This document shows positions 51,948 to 62,033 of a DNA stretch of 64,000 bases, piece after piece. Both the position numbers and the translations under genes were made by a program. Every line of letters begins with the position of its first letter. Within the stretch, counting starts at the first letter, position 1. Location: positions 960,001-1,024,000 of the forward strand of contig CAVRVY010000004.1 of NCBI GenBank assembly GCA_963724765.1. The letters are read 5' to 3'. This stretch comes from an uncultured delta proteobacterium. GTDB taxonomy: Bacteria; Desulfobacterota; Binatia; Binatales; Binataceae. A model generated the notes under the pieces. That model was given only the letters and a program-made list of their open reading frames with translations. It was not told the origin of the DNA and ran no database searches.

Positions 51948-52961
51948 GTGAATCGCAGAAGATTCATCAGGATCGCGGGCGGCGCAATCGCGCTGGCGGG
52001 CGCGCCGGGTGCTGCTCATGCGATTGCGGCCGCCGGTGCTCCCGCGGCCCCCGCTGGCGGATGGGGCGGTTTCACGCCCAACGCGGATTTCTATATTACG
52101 ACGTATGGCACGACGCCGCGCGTGGAGGCCGATCAGTGGCGGCTCAAGATTCACGGCCTGGTCAAGAGCCCGCTCGAACTCGACCTCGCGGCGGTCAAGG
52201 CGCTGCCGCCCGTCAATGAGACGCTGACCCTGGAGTGTATCGGCAATCCGCCCAACGGCACCGCGATCGGCAATGCTACGTGGACCGGTCCGAAGCTCGC
52301 CGCGCTGCTCGAGCGCGCGCGGCCCTCGGCCAAAGCGGTTTACGCGAAGCTCCGCGCCGCCGACGGCTATACGACCGGCATCCCGGTCAACGAGCTGATG
52401 CGCAAAGAAAACTTCCTGCCGTACCTTATGAACGGCGTGCCGTTGCCGCCCGAGCACGGCTATCCACTGCGTATATTCATTCCGGGCAAGTACGGAATGA
52501 AGCAGCCGAAATGGCTAACCGAAATAGAATTCGTCGACAAGCAATTTATCGGCTACTGGGAAGCGCGCGGATGGACCGACAGCGCGTGGCGCAAGGTGAA
52601 TTCCGGATTTTTCTACCCACGGGCCAACTATAGCCTGCTCGACGTGGTTGCGCCCGAGGCCAAGGTCAGGTCGCCGGTGGAGATGGTCGGATGGGCGCTG
52701 GCGGGGCCGTCAGGAATTCGGCGGGTTGACGTCTCGACCGACGACGGCAAGACCTGGAACGCAGCCGGGTTGAGCGCAAATCGCTCGCCCTATATCTGGA
52801 CGGTCTGGAAGTACCGCTTCGCGCCACCTGAGCGCGGTCGCTATCACGTCAGGGTGCGCGCGACCGACGGCGACGGCCGCTCGCAGCCGCCGATCGATCC
52901 CGACCGCGCCGCCGGAATGAGCGCGCAGGTCCGCCTCGCTCTGGCCGTAACGACGGATTGA
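51948..52961 (+). CDS. Tat-exported sulfite-oxidase-family molybdoenzyme
   Basis: NRRRFI Tat motif, TLECIGN (Mo-Cys), GNATWTG, EHGYPLR..PGKYGMKQPKW, dimerisation domain. Confidence 0.9.
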   Translation: MNRRRFIRIAGGAIALAGAPGAAHAIAAAGAPAAPAGGWGGFTPNADFYITTYGTTPRVEADQWRLKIHGLVKSPLELDLAAVKALPPVNETLTLECIGNPPNGTAIGNATWTGPKLAALLERARPSAKAVYAKLRAADGYTTGIPVNELMRKENFLPYLMNGVPLPPEHGYPLRIFIPGKYGMKQPKWLTEIEFVDKQFIGYWEARGWTDSAWRKVNSGFFYPRANYSLLDVVAPEAKVRSPVEMVGWALAGPSGIRRVDVSTDDGKTWNAAGLSANRSPYIWTVWKYRFAPPERGRYHVRVRATDGDGRSQPPIDPDRAAGMSAQVRLALAVTTD

Positions 52962-53088
52962 GTGATCCCGCCGCGCCTGCGGCCGCGCGCACGTCGACGA
53001 ATTTATTGCCCCCTCTCTTTAGGAGACCGTTGGGTCGGGCGACAAAGATTTTTCATCTATCCCTGCTCTGGAGACCGCCGCGCCCCGC

Positions 53089-55539
53089 TCAGTGCGTGAA
53101 GAGCGATCCGAAGAAATTTCCCAGTGCGCCGAGGACTCCGTTGGTCGCCGGTGTCGGAGCCGCTCCAGGAGCGGTCGCGACGCCCGGCGGCGGCATCGCC
53201 GCGCCCGGACCCGCCACCAGCGTCGGCGCGGGCGCGAGGCCGCCATGCAACGGACAGATCTGCGTCGGCGCGGTACCGTTGAGGAACGGAACCGTGGCAG
53301 TTCGCGGGCACGCGCTCGTCGCGAGCCCCCCGCTTTGCGGATCGATCGTCGCCATCGTGATTCCCGCCGGCACCGCGAACGGCGGCGAGCCGGACGGCGT
53401 GACGCCGAGCATGAAACTTACCCACGCCGGTAGCGCTGCCGTGGCGCCCGAGGCGCCGAGGCTCTGCGGACGATCGAACCCCACCCACACGCCGCATACG
53501 ATCCGCGGCGTGTAACCGATGAAGTACGCGTCATGGAAGTCCTGCGTGGTGCCGGTTTTGCCGGCGGCCGGAAAGTCCAGCCCCATCTTTACCGCTCCCG
53601 CCCCGGTGCCCCATTTGATCACCTGCTCCAGCGCGCCGGTGATGAGGTAGGCGACCGGCGGACTGACGAGCACGAGCTCGTGCGGAGCGTGCTGGTAAAT
53701 CAGATGATCGTGCGCGTCGTAAACCGCCTCCAGCGCGTAAGGCGGCCGTGACACTCCGGCGGCGGCGAAGACCTGGTAGGCACCGGTCAACTCGAGCAGC
53801 GTGGTCTCGGCGGCGCCGATCGAAATCGGCAGCACCGCGGGAATGTCCTCGTTGATACCCATCTCGTGGGCCATCCCAACGATCGTGGACGGCCCCAGCA
53901 GGCTCCCCAGATAGGCAGTCGGCACGTTGAGCGATTCGGCCAGCGCCTCGACCACCGTCACCGTGCCCTGGTACGTGCGCTCGTAGTTGGCCGGAGTCCA
54001 TCCATTGAACGACATCGGACGGTCGGGCAATAAGGACGCGAGCGTGACCCGTTGGCTGATCGGCGAGCGCGACGGATCCAGTGCGCTCAGGTAGACGATC
54101 GGCTTGAAGGCCGAGCCGGGCTGGCGCTCGGCCTGCGTCACGCGGTTGAACTGGCTAATCGAATAGTCACGCCCCCCGACCATCGCGAGGATCGCACCGG
54201 TGCGCGCGTCGAGCGCGAGCAGCGAGCCCTCAAGCTCCTCGCCGCGCACGGTGCGGCGCAGATGCGGATGCTGCTTCTCCAGCCGCTTAAGATTCGATTC
54301 GACGCTCTCCGCCGCCGTCTGCTCCATCTCCGAATCCAACGTGGTGTAGACTTTTAGCCCGGCCAGGTTGCCGTCGAAACCCGGAATCCGCTCGACCTCG
54401 GCGATTACATAGTCGGTAAAATACGGCGCGCGGCGGAGCCCCGGCAGCCTGGCGATCTCGATCGGAACGGCGGCGGCCTCGGCATACTGGGCCGGGTCGA
54501 TCACACCGTCGCGGCGCATCACGCCGAGCACCGTGTCGCGGCGCGCGCGGCAGGCCTCGGGATGGCGCCGCGGATCGTACAGCGTCGGCGCCTGGATCAT
54601 CCCGATCAGTATCGCCGCCTCGCCCGGCGTGACCTCGTGCAGGTCCTTGTTGAAAAAATACCGCGCCGCCAGCGGCATCCCGGTGATCGGTGTGCCGTCG
54701 TACGCGCCCATCGGGACGTCGTTTATGTAGCGCTCGAGAATCTGGTTCTTGCTGAGCCGGATCTCGATCACCAGCGCCACTGCGAGTTCGCGCACCTTGC
54801 GCGTAAACGTACGCTCGTGGCGATCGATGAAGGTGCGCGCGAGTTGCTGTGTCAGGGTGCTCGCGCCCTGGCCCAGGTGATGCGATCGCAGGTCAGCGAT
54901 CGCGGCCTCGATCATCCGCACCGGGTCGAATCCCGGATGATAGTAGAAGTAGCGATCCTCGGTCGCGAGCAGGCCGCGCACCAGGTATGGCGGAAGATCG
55001 CTTAGTTGGATTTCGACCCGCTCGGGCGGCGCTCCGGGCAACAGGCGCCCGATGACCTCGGGCTCGATAATGGCCGCGGGCAGCGCCGCGCCGAAAGAGT
55101 CGGCCACGCCCTCTACCGCCGTGCCGGCGAGCGTCAGATGGACCAGCGCGGCCGGACGCTCGCGGATTCCTTCGCGAAAGCCGCGCAGGTAGATCGTGAC
55201 GCGGCCGGGCACGAGCGCATATTCGCCGGGATGCGCCGGCTCGAGGACGCGGGTGTAGCTGAGGCGCTCGATACGGTCGAGCAGATGAAGCTGGGCGAGG
55301 TCGTCGCCGCGCTCGATCTTGAGCGGCGCGGAGTAGATGGCCGAGGTAAGCGCGGCTTCGCGCTGTTCGATCAGCGCGGAAATCTCGCCATAGAGCTGCG
55401 CCAGGTAAAAGCCGCAGCCGAAGGCGAACAGCAGCAAGACGCCAGCGGCCGTCCGCCGCGGGCCAAGCCGCTTAAACATGCGGCGCAGCCGTCCTCCCGC
55501 CGCCGCCGATCCCCTCCCCCGCCTGCGTGCGCTAGCCAT
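53089..55539 (-). CDS. class A penicillin-binding protein (PBP1b-like)
   Basis: TM anchor, UB2H-like region, EDRYFYYHPG, GASTLTQQ, SAFK, SLN, KTG. Confidence 0.93.
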   Translation of the reverse strand: MASARRRGRGSAAAGGRLRRMFKRLGPRRTAAGVLLLFAFGCGFYLAQLYGEISALIEQREAALTSAIYSAPLKIERGDDLAQLHLLDRIERLSYTRVLEPAHPGEYALVPGRVTIYLRGFREGIRERPAALVHLTLAGTAVEGVADSFGAALPAAIIEPEVIGRLLPGAPPERVEIQLSDLPPYLVRGLLATEDRYFYYHPGFDPVRMIEAAIADLRSHHLGQGASTLTQQLARTFIDRHERTFTRKVRELAVALVIEIRLSKNQILERYINDVPMGAYDGTPITGMPLAARYFFNKDLHEVTPGEAAILIGMIQAPTLYDPRRHPEACRARRDTVLGVMRRDGVIDPAQYAEAAAVPIEIARLPGLRRAPYFTDYVIAEVERIPGFDGNLAGLKVYTTLDSEMEQTAAESVESNLKRLEKQHPHLRRTVRGEELEGSLLALDARTGAILAMVGGRDYSISQFNRVTQAERQPGSAFKPIVYLSALDPSRSPISQRVTLASLLPDRPMSFNGWTPANYERTYQGTVTVVEALAESLNVPTAYLGSLLGPSTIVGMAHEMGINEDIPAVLPISIGAAETTLLELTGAYQVFAAAGVSRPPYALEAVYDAHDHLIYQHAPHELVLVSPPVAYLITGALEQVIKWGTGAGAVKMGLDFPAAGKTGTTQDFHDAYFIGYTPRIVCGVWVGFDRPQSLGASGATAALPAWVSFMLGVTPSGSPPFAVPAGITMATIDPQSGGLATSACPRTATVPFLNGTAPTQICPLHGGLAPAPTLVAGPGAAMPPPGVATAPGAAPTPATNGVLGALGNFFGSLFTH

Positions 55540-55632
55540 CGCGCGTAATTTTCTCCAACAAGCGCCGGTCCCGGCCCGAGGCGGCGCATAGGCAGGATTA
55601 TATCCCGCGCAGCCGCGTCGACGCGAGTTACG

Positions 55633-56595
55633 CTAGGCGGACGGCGCTTGCGCGCGGGCTTCGTCCGCGCCGAGCGCCGCGAGCTGGCGCGCCAGCTCGC
55701 GCATCAGCGCAAGCCCGGCGACGCCGCGGCACTCGGCGAGCTCGATTATCGGCGCGTCGATGCGCCGACGCACCAGCGCGAGCGCGCGGCGCTCGCCGCC
55801 CGCGCGCCTAAGCTCGGCGTGCGCCAGGGCGGCGAGGCCGTCGAGATGCGGCGCGGCGGCGCGCAGCGCCGGCCGCCGCCGCAGACGCGCGAGCGCTCCC
55901 GCGTCGAAGCGCGGCTGGCGCGTGCGGTTGAAAATCACCGCGGCGACGTCGAGACCGAGGGTGCTGAGCGCCGCGTGCGTCTCAAGCGTCTCGCTTACCG
56001 CGAACGGCTCGGGCGAGGTCACGAGCACCACGCCACAGCGCGCGGGGTCGCGCAGCAACTCCGAGACGCGATCGGCCGTGCGGCCGACGATCCCCGCGCC
56101 AAAGGTCTCGCGCGCCGCCAGCGGCATCCGCAATACGCTCAACGCCTGCCCGGTTGCGGGAGCGTCGAGCACCACTAGGTCCCACGGCGGCGCGGGCGGC
56201 CGATACTCCAACTCGTGGTAGATTTTCCCGATCATGATCAGCTCGCGCAGCCCCGGCGCGGCCTCTACGAAGTAGCGGTAAGCGCCGCTGCTGACCACCG
56301 CCTTGAGCATCGCACGGCTCGGCATCACGGTGAACAGGTATTCTTCGAGCTGATGGGCCCCGTCGAGAACCACCGTCCACAAACCCGGTGCGGCTTCGGC
56401 CGGATCGAAACCGGGCTTACGCCCCATCGCGGTTGCGAGCGCGCCGAGCCGGTCGTATTCCATCGCGAGCACGCGGGCAGGGCGGGACTGACCGGCGGCG
56501 CGCAGCATCGCTAACGCGCCGCTCACGCTCGTGCGTCCGACACCGCCCTTACCGACGACGATCAGCGCGCGGCGTCTCAGTAGTTCGTCGATCAT
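55633..56595 (-). CDS. single-domain ArsA/Get3-like ATPase (BagA-like)
   Basis: GKGGVGRTS, APGLREL..IGKI, LDAPATG, PEPFAVSET. Confidence 0.85.
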   Translation of the reverse strand: MIDELLRRRALIVVGKGGVGRTSVSGALAMLRAAGQSRPARVLAMEYDRLGALATAMGRKPGFDPAEAAPGLWTVVLDGAHQLEEYLFTVMPSRAMLKAVVSSGAYRYFVEAAPGLRELIMIGKIYHELEYRPPAPPWDLVVLDAPATGQALSVLRMPLAARETFGAGIVGRTADRVSELLRDPARCGVVLVTSPEPFAVSETLETHAALSTLGLDVAAVIFNRTRQPRFDAGALARLRRRPALRAAAPHLDGLAALAHAELRRAGGERRALALVRRRIDAPIIELAECRGVAGLALMRELARQLAALGADEARAQAPSA

Positions 56596-56622
56596 CTATC
56601 GATCATCGATGACACGCCATAC

Positions 56623-57483
56623 TTAGAGAAAGCGGCGGCCCTGGCGTTCGTCGGGCAGGTCTAGCCCGAGTGCCACAAGCTTGCGATCCACGTATTCCTT
56701 GTACGCCGCGCGAATCTCGGAATTGCCGACGCCCTTGAGGCCCCATTGGATAAAGCGCGGCGTGTTGGGCGAGTCGGAGCGGCCGAACATGTCGAGCGCC
56801 GCCGAATACCATTTCGGCAGCAGCGCCTGGGCGAGCGCTCGGCCGCGGCGCTCGGCGCAGATCGCCCTCAGAAAATGGTAGCCCATCTCGGAGTGGCCAA
56901 ACTCGTCGCGCTCGACCGTGCGCGAAATCTTGCGCAGCGGCGCATAGCTCGATTCGCGCCAGTCGCGGGCATGAAAGGCGCCGTTGAGATCGATCAGGAA
57001 GTGAAAGAAGGCGTCGTCGGCCCAGGTGTTCTTGGGCAGATGGAACGCGTAGTGCGCATAGGGCACATCGCGCAGCGCGAAGTCCGAGTCCAGGCCGACC
57101 GCGATCCGATGGAACATGATTGCGTGCTTGAGTTCCTCGGCCAGGTACTCCGACTTGACGAGCCGCGCCGCGGGATTGGGCGCCAGCGTCTCGGCCACCT
57201 CGATACACGTACCCATCAGGCCGAGAAAACTCTTGTTGCCGGCGCGCTCGCCCTCGTGGCGCAACATCTTCAGCAGCAGGCCGCGGTAGTCCTCGGGCAG
57301 ATCGTCGCCCTCCTCGAAGTTGTGCTCGGGGCGGTCGACCTTGCAGGAGAGATCGGGCAGCGGATCGCCCTGGGCATAAATATGCGTCCAGAACGGCCAC
57401 AGCCCGCCGCCGCGCACGCGTTCGCCGCGCTCGACCGCTTCGTCCTGCGCGATATCGTCTGGGTGCAAATCGTTGAGCGCCAT
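56623..57483 (-). CDS. PaaA/BoxB-like ferritin-fold diiron aryl-CoA oxygenase subunit
   Basis: LPEDYR..L, E..EELKH..D..DEFGH ligand set, KWYSAALDMFG. Confidence 0.8.
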   Translation of the reverse strand: MALNDLHPDDIAQDEAVERGERVRGGGLWPFWTHIYAQGDPLPDLSCKVDRPEHNFEEGDDLPEDYRGLLLKMLRHEGERAGNKSFLGLMGTCIEVAETLAPNPAARLVKSEYLAEELKHAIMFHRIAVGLDSDFALRDVPYAHYAFHLPKNTWADDAFFHFLIDLNGAFHARDWRESSYAPLRKISRTVERDEFGHSEMGYHFLRAICAERRGRALAQALLPKWYSAALDMFGRSDSPNTPRFIQWGLKGVGNSEIRAAYKEYVDRKLVALGLDLPDERQGRRFL

Positions 57484-57536
57484 ATTGGCTTCCTCTGCTG
57501 GAATCGCTCGCTCGAATCTATCGCGCCGCGCCCCGC

Positions 57537-57827
57537 TCACGCAAAACGGGCCCTGGCGGCGGCGGCGCGTTCGGGATCGATCGCGCCGGCGCGTTCGGCC
57601 TGGAAGCCGCACGCGCATCCGGCCAGGCCCGCCGCGTAGAGATCCATTTCGCCGTCGGCCAGCTCGCGGGCCATCCCCGGCAGCAACTTATCGCCGACGC
57701 ATCCGAGCATTGCGCCGCATCGCGCGCATCGCAGCCGATAGTACGTGTCATAGGTGGCGACGCCTTCGATCGACACGCCGAGCGGTTCGTAGGCCGCGCG
57801 GATCTCATCAAGAATCGCGCTCATCAA
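57537..57827 (-). CDS. small Cys-rich protein (CxxC...C...CxC)
   Basis: start overlaps the ligase stop; YYRLRCARCGAMLGCVGDK...GCACGFQ. Confidence 0.75.
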   Translation of the reverse strand: MMSAILDEIRAAYEPLGVSIEGVATYDTYYRLRCARCGAMLGCVGDKLLPGMARELADGEMDLYAAGLAGCACGFQAERAGAIDPERAAAARARFA

Positions 57828-59521
57828 AGTTTACCGTTCGCTTTGCGGCTTGACGCCGCCTCTGCTTTTTTCGCGCCGATTTCGCGCGCCAGCCTGGCCA
57901 CGATGTCGGCGCGCAAATCCTTCTTCGAGATCTTCCCCACGGCGGTCATCGGAAAGCGCTCGACGATTTCCAGGCGCTCGGGAATCTTGAAGCGCGCGAT
58001 ACGCCGTCCTTCCAGATGGCGCGCCAGCTCCGCGAAGGTCAGGCTCCTGCCCGCACGCAGCACTACGTATGCGCAAGCGCGCTCGCCCAATACCTCGTCG
58101 GGCATCGCGACGATCGCCGCATTGAGCACCGCCGGATGCGACAGCACCCGGTCTTCCATTTCCTCGGCGCTGATCTTCTCGCCGCCGCGATTGATCACGT
58201 CCTTGCGCCGTCCTTCGACGACCAGGTTGCCGCTCGGATGCATCATCACGAGGTCGCCGGTGCGATAGAAGCCGTCAGGCGTGAACGCGCCGCGATTGTG
58301 TTCCTCGGCGCGGTAGTAACCGCGGGGCGTATAGGGCCCGCGGCAGAGCAGTTCGCCGACCTCGCCCGGCGCGACCTCGCGGCCGTCGTCGCCGATCACA
58401 CGCAGCTCGTCGTGATCGCAAATGGGACGGCCCTGCGTGTTGACGACCACTTCCTCGGGATCGCCGCGGCGCGTCGAACAGCACAGACCCTCGGCCATCC
58501 CATATACCTGCGTCACGACCGGGCCGATTTCGCTCAGGAGGCGGCGCGCAGGTTCGGGATTGAGCCGCTGGCCGCCTACCGCCAGCGATCGCAGCGAGGA
58601 AAAATCCGTCTGCGCAAAGCGCGGATCGTTGAGCCAGCTCACCGCCATCGCGGGCACCGCGCAGATCCAGGTCACGCGCTCGCGCTCGATCAGCGGGAAG
58701 ACCGTTTCGGCCTCGGGCGACGACGCCAGCACGATTCGCGCGCCGAGCAGAATCCCCGATTGCACCGCGCCCAGCAGCGGGAAGTTGTGCATCATCGGAA
58801 TCGCGACCAGCGCGACGCCGTCGCGGTCGAAGCCCGAGCACTCCGCCAGGCGCAACGAATTGTATAGATAGTCGTCGTGCGTGCGCGGGATCACCTTCGG
58901 CAGCCCGGTGCTGCCGCCCGAGAGCTGGAAGACCGCGATCTCGTGGCTTTGCGGGCGAAGCCGCGCTAGCGTGGACGGCACGATTCGCTCCTCGATTGGA
59001 TCATCGAGGAGGTCAGAGAGCAGTGTCATCCCGGCGCCCGCACGCGCGCCCATCACGAATACCTCGCGCATCGCCGGCAGCGCGTCGCGCAACTCGTCCG
59101 CCATCGCAACGTAATCGAAGCGCCTATAATCGGCAGGGATGAGCCAGGCGTAGGCGTCGGTGAAGCGCGCGAGATGTCCGATCTCAGTGTGGCGATGCGC
59201 CGGCAGAGTCGCGACGGGAATCGCGCCGGTCTTGAGACAAGCGAAGTAGGCGGCCACGCATTCAAGGCCATTGGGCAACTGGAAGATGACGCGCCGGCCC
59301 AACGCGACGCCGCGCTCGGCGAAATGGAGCGCGAGCCGCTCGACCATCGCGCCCAGCTCGCGGTAGGTGATGCGCCGCGTGCCGTCCACCACGGCCAGGC
59401 GTGCTGCGTTGTACGCGACCGATCGGTCGAAGTGCTCGCCAATCGACTGGCCGCGCCAGTAGCCCAGTTTTCTATACAGTTCCGCGGCCGACTCCGGCCA
59501 CGCCACCACGCCATCGAGCAT
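57824..59521 (-). CDS. aryl-acid AMP/CoA ligase (DhbE/EntE-like)
   Basis: GYWRG, QLSGGSTGLPKVIPRTHDDY, HNFP, QVYGMAEG, GFYRTGD, GKISKK. Confidence 0.92.
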   Translation of the reverse strand: MLDGVVAWPESAAELYRKLGYWRGQSIGEHFDRSVAYNAARLAVVDGTRRITYRELGAMVERLALHFAERGVALGRRVIFQLPNGLECVAAYFACLKTGAIPVATLPAHRHTEIGHLARFTDAYAWLIPADYRRFDYVAMADELRDALPAMREVFVMGARAGAGMTLLSDLLDDPIEERIVPSTLARLRPQSHEIAVFQLSGGSTGLPKVIPRTHDDYLYNSLRLAECSGFDRDGVALVAIPMMHNFPLLGAVQSGILLGARIVLASSPEAETVFPLIERERVTWICAVPAMAVSWLNDPRFAQTDFSSLRSLAVGGQRLNPEPARRLLSEIGPVVTQVYGMAEGLCCSTRRGDPEEVVVNTQGRPICDHDELRVIGDDGREVAPGEVGELLCRGPYTPRGYYRAEEHNRGAFTPDGFYRTGDLVMMHPSGNLVVEGRRKDVINRGGEKISAEEMEDRVLSHPAVLNAAIVAMPDEVLGERACAYVVLRAGRSLTFAELARHLEGRRIARFKIPERLEIVERFPMTAVGKISKKDLRADIVARLAREIGAKKAEAASSRKANGKL

Positions 59522-59748
59522 CAGCAGTTTCCCCGCCTTTCGTGACGTTCCATACGCGTGATTTCTTCGAGCAGCGTCAACTTAAAGTATCACTTTCAGA
59601 TTGAAATCCTGAGCGATCCTGGCCGCCAACGTCGCACCTTCCGCGCAGACTTCTAGCGCAACGCCGCCTCCGCGCGAAAGCGCCGACGGATGCGCGATTG
59701 AACGCGCAGCCGGTTGCCCTGATAATCGCTGCCGGAAGAAGGAGGCTG

Positions 59749-60966
59749 ATGCTCATGCGACACCGAATCATTGGAATGGTTGGGATTTTGCTCGCCGCTA
59801 CATTGAATGCCGCGGGCCCGGCGGCCGCTCACGCCGAGGACGTGCCGCTCGCAAGCTCGTTGCAGTTGGAGAACGTAATGCTGGTCGGCGGATGGCCGTC
59901 GGCGGGGCCGTTTATCCCAGTGATCGGCAACGGCAGCGCGCATCTCGCATACGAGTTTTATCTGACCAACTATGGCAAAAAGCCGGCCCGCCTCGTGTCG
60001 CTCCGAGTTCGCGGGGTCGGCGGCGCCGCCTTCGCAGCCACAATCGAGGGCGACGCACTCAAGTCTTCCTTCACGCCAGCAGCGCCGCAAAACCGCCTTA
60101 AACCTTACGATCCTGTTTTGCCGCCGGGCGCGAGCGGAGTGCTTTACGTCTTCCTCAATTTTCCCGGGCGCGAAACGCCGCGGCAGCTTGAGAATTCGAT
60201 TGTGGTCGAGGCCGACGGCGATCCGAAAAATGCGCAGCGGATTCCGCTCGGTGAATTTGCGATCAGAAATAGCGGTTCTGCGCTAATCGACGAACCGTTC
60301 ACGGGTGATCGATGGCTGGCCGCGAACGGGCCGTCCAACACCTCACCGCATCGGCGCGCGGTTATCGTGCTCAACGGCAAGCCGCGAGTGCCGGAGCGCT
60401 ACGCGATCGATTGGATAAAGCTCGGGGAGGACGGCAACAGCTATTCCGGCGATCAGTACAAGAATTCCAGCTACCACGCCTACGACGTGCCGATACTGGC
60501 CGTCGCCGATGGAAAAATCGTAACCGTCAAAGACGGGCTTCCCGAAAACGTACCCCACACCGAGAAACTGGCGGTCACGATGACGCTCGTCAGCGTGGCG
60601 GGCAATCACATCGTCGAGGACATCGGCGGCGGCCTATACGTCGGCTATGCGCACATCATTCCTGGCACCATTACGGTCAAAGCCGGCGAGCTGGTTCATC
60701 GCGGACAGGTCCTCGGACGTCTCGGCAACTCCGGCAACTCGTCCGAGCCGCATCTCCATCTGCAGGTATGCGACGCGCCGTCGTTTTTGATCTGCGAAGG
60801 CGTCCCGATGGAGTTCAAGCGGATGAGCCTCACCAAGTATCGTATCGAGAAGCGCGGCGAGACGCCGATAAAACTCACCATCGAGGGAACGCACGACGTA
60901 TCGGGCGAAGAACCGATGGAAGACGAACTGGCGAATTTCCCTGCGACCAATCTGCCCTCGAAATAA
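59749..60966 (+). CDS. secreted M23-family metallopeptidase
   Basis: signal peptide, RYAIDW, GNHIV, YAH, GNSGNSSEPHLHLQ; AGGAGG RBS. Confidence 0.88.
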   Translation: MLMRHRIIGMVGILLAATLNAAGPAAAHAEDVPLASSLQLENVMLVGGWPSAGPFIPVIGNGSAHLAYEFYLTNYGKKPARLVSLRVRGVGGAAFAATIEGDALKSSFTPAAPQNRLKPYDPVLPPGASGVLYVFLNFPGRETPRQLENSIVVEADGDPKNAQRIPLGEFAIRNSGSALIDEPFTGDRWLAANGPSNTSPHRRAVIVLNGKPRVPERYAIDWIKLGEDGNSYSGDQYKNSSYHAYDVPILAVADGKIVTVKDGLPENVPHTEKLAVTMTLVSVAGNHIVEDIGGGLYVGYAHIIPGTITVKAGELVHRGQVLGRLGNSGNSSEPHLHLQVCDAPSFLICEGVPMEFKRMSLTKYRIEKRGETPIKLTIEGTHDVSGEEPMEDELANFPATNLPSK

Positions 60967-61002
60967 CCCGAGCCGTATCTGCGGTGCAGGCCTTACGCGC
61001 GA

Positions 61003-61024
61003 CGCCGCCGCATCCGCGGCGGCG
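61003..61024. terminator. GC-rich hairpin between convergent M23 and fabH genes
   Basis: cgccgccgc-atcc-gcggcggcg; no clear U-tract. Confidence 0.45.
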
Positions 61025-61051
61025 CGAGCCATATACGTCGCGTCGTGAGAC

Positions 61052-62029
61052 CTACCAGCGCAGCAGGTTGGCGCCCCAGGTCAGGCCGCCGCCGCAGGCG
61101 TTGAGCATCACGAGATCGTTGTCGTGAATGCGGTTGGCTTCGAGCGCCTCGTCCAGCGCAATTGGCACCGAGGCGGCCGAGGTGTTGCCGTAGCGATCGA
61201 TATTGGTGAAGACCTTGTCCTGGGGGACCCCCAGACGATCGGCGACCGCGTTGAGGATGCGGATGTTGGCCTGGTGCGGCACCATGAGCGCGACCTCGTC
61301 CAGTCGCACGCCCGCCCGCTCGGCCACCTTGAGCGTGATATCGGCCATCGAGCGCACCGCGATCTTGAACAGTTCGGGCCCCTTCATCTTGATCGCGTCG
61401 TCGGGCAAGCGCCGCACCTCGGAGTCAAGCGTCGCGCGCACTCCCGTCGATCGCACCGAAAGCAGATGCCAGTACTCTCCCGAGGCGCGCAGCAGGCTCG
61501 CGAGCACGCCGCGCGGCCCCGGCTCGGAGACCATCACCGCCGCCCCCGCGCCATCGCCGAACAGCACGGACACGGCACGATCGTTCCAGTCAACCATGGT
61601 CGAAAGCGCATCGGTACCGACCAGCAGCACGCGCGAGTAATCGCCCGCGCGCATCGCGTTGTCGGCAACGTTGAGTGCGTAGACGAAGCCCGAGCAGGCC
61701 GCGGCGACGTCGTAGGCCGGAATCGAGTCGACGCCCAGGCGATGCTGGAGCTGGCAGGCAAACGATGGAAAGCCGAATTCGGAGGAGACCGTGCCGACGA
61801 TGATCGCGTCGAGCTCGGCGGGCCGCATCCCGGCGCGCTCGAGCGCGATACCGCTGGCGGCGGCGGCGATATCGACCAGCGATTCTTCGCTGGACATCAC
61901 ATAGCGCTGCGCGATTCCGGTGCGCGTGCGCACCCATTCGTCGGAGGTGTCCACGATTCGTGCAAGCTCATGATTGGTAACCGCGGTGCGCGGCAGCGCG
62001 CGCCCGGTCGCGACGATTCGCGATCCCAT
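61052..62029 (-). CDS. fabH: 3-oxoacyl-ACP synthase III
   Basis: DTSDEWVRTRTGI, AACSGF, FGDGAGA, PHQAN, YGNTSAAS, GGGLTWG. Confidence 0.96.
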   Translation of the reverse strand: MGSRIVATGRALPRTAVTNHELARIVDTSDEWVRTRTGIAQRYVMSSEESLVDIAAAASGIALERAGMRPAELDAIIVGTVSSEFGFPSFACQLQHRLGVDSIPAYDVAAACSGFVYALNVADNAMRAGDYSRVLLVGTDALSTMVDWNDRAVSVLFGDGAGAAVMVSEPGPRGVLASLLRASGEYWHLLSVRSTGVRATLDSEVRRLPDDAIKMKGPELFKIAVRSMADITLKVAERAGVRLDEVALMVPHQANIRILNAVADRLGVPQDKVFTNIDRYGNTSAASVPIALDEALEANRIHDNDLVMLNACGGGLTWGANLLRW

Positions 62030-62033
62030 CTTC

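Noticed and set aside
55633-56595. Arsenite-resistance ArsA
   Set aside because: Single domain, no recognisable ArsA metalloid-binding Cys cluster, no arsB/D/R neighbours
57824-59521. Siderophore biosynthesis cluster suggested by the DhbE-like ligase
   Set aside because: No aryl carrier protein, NRPS, isochorismate enzymes or TonB receptor nearby
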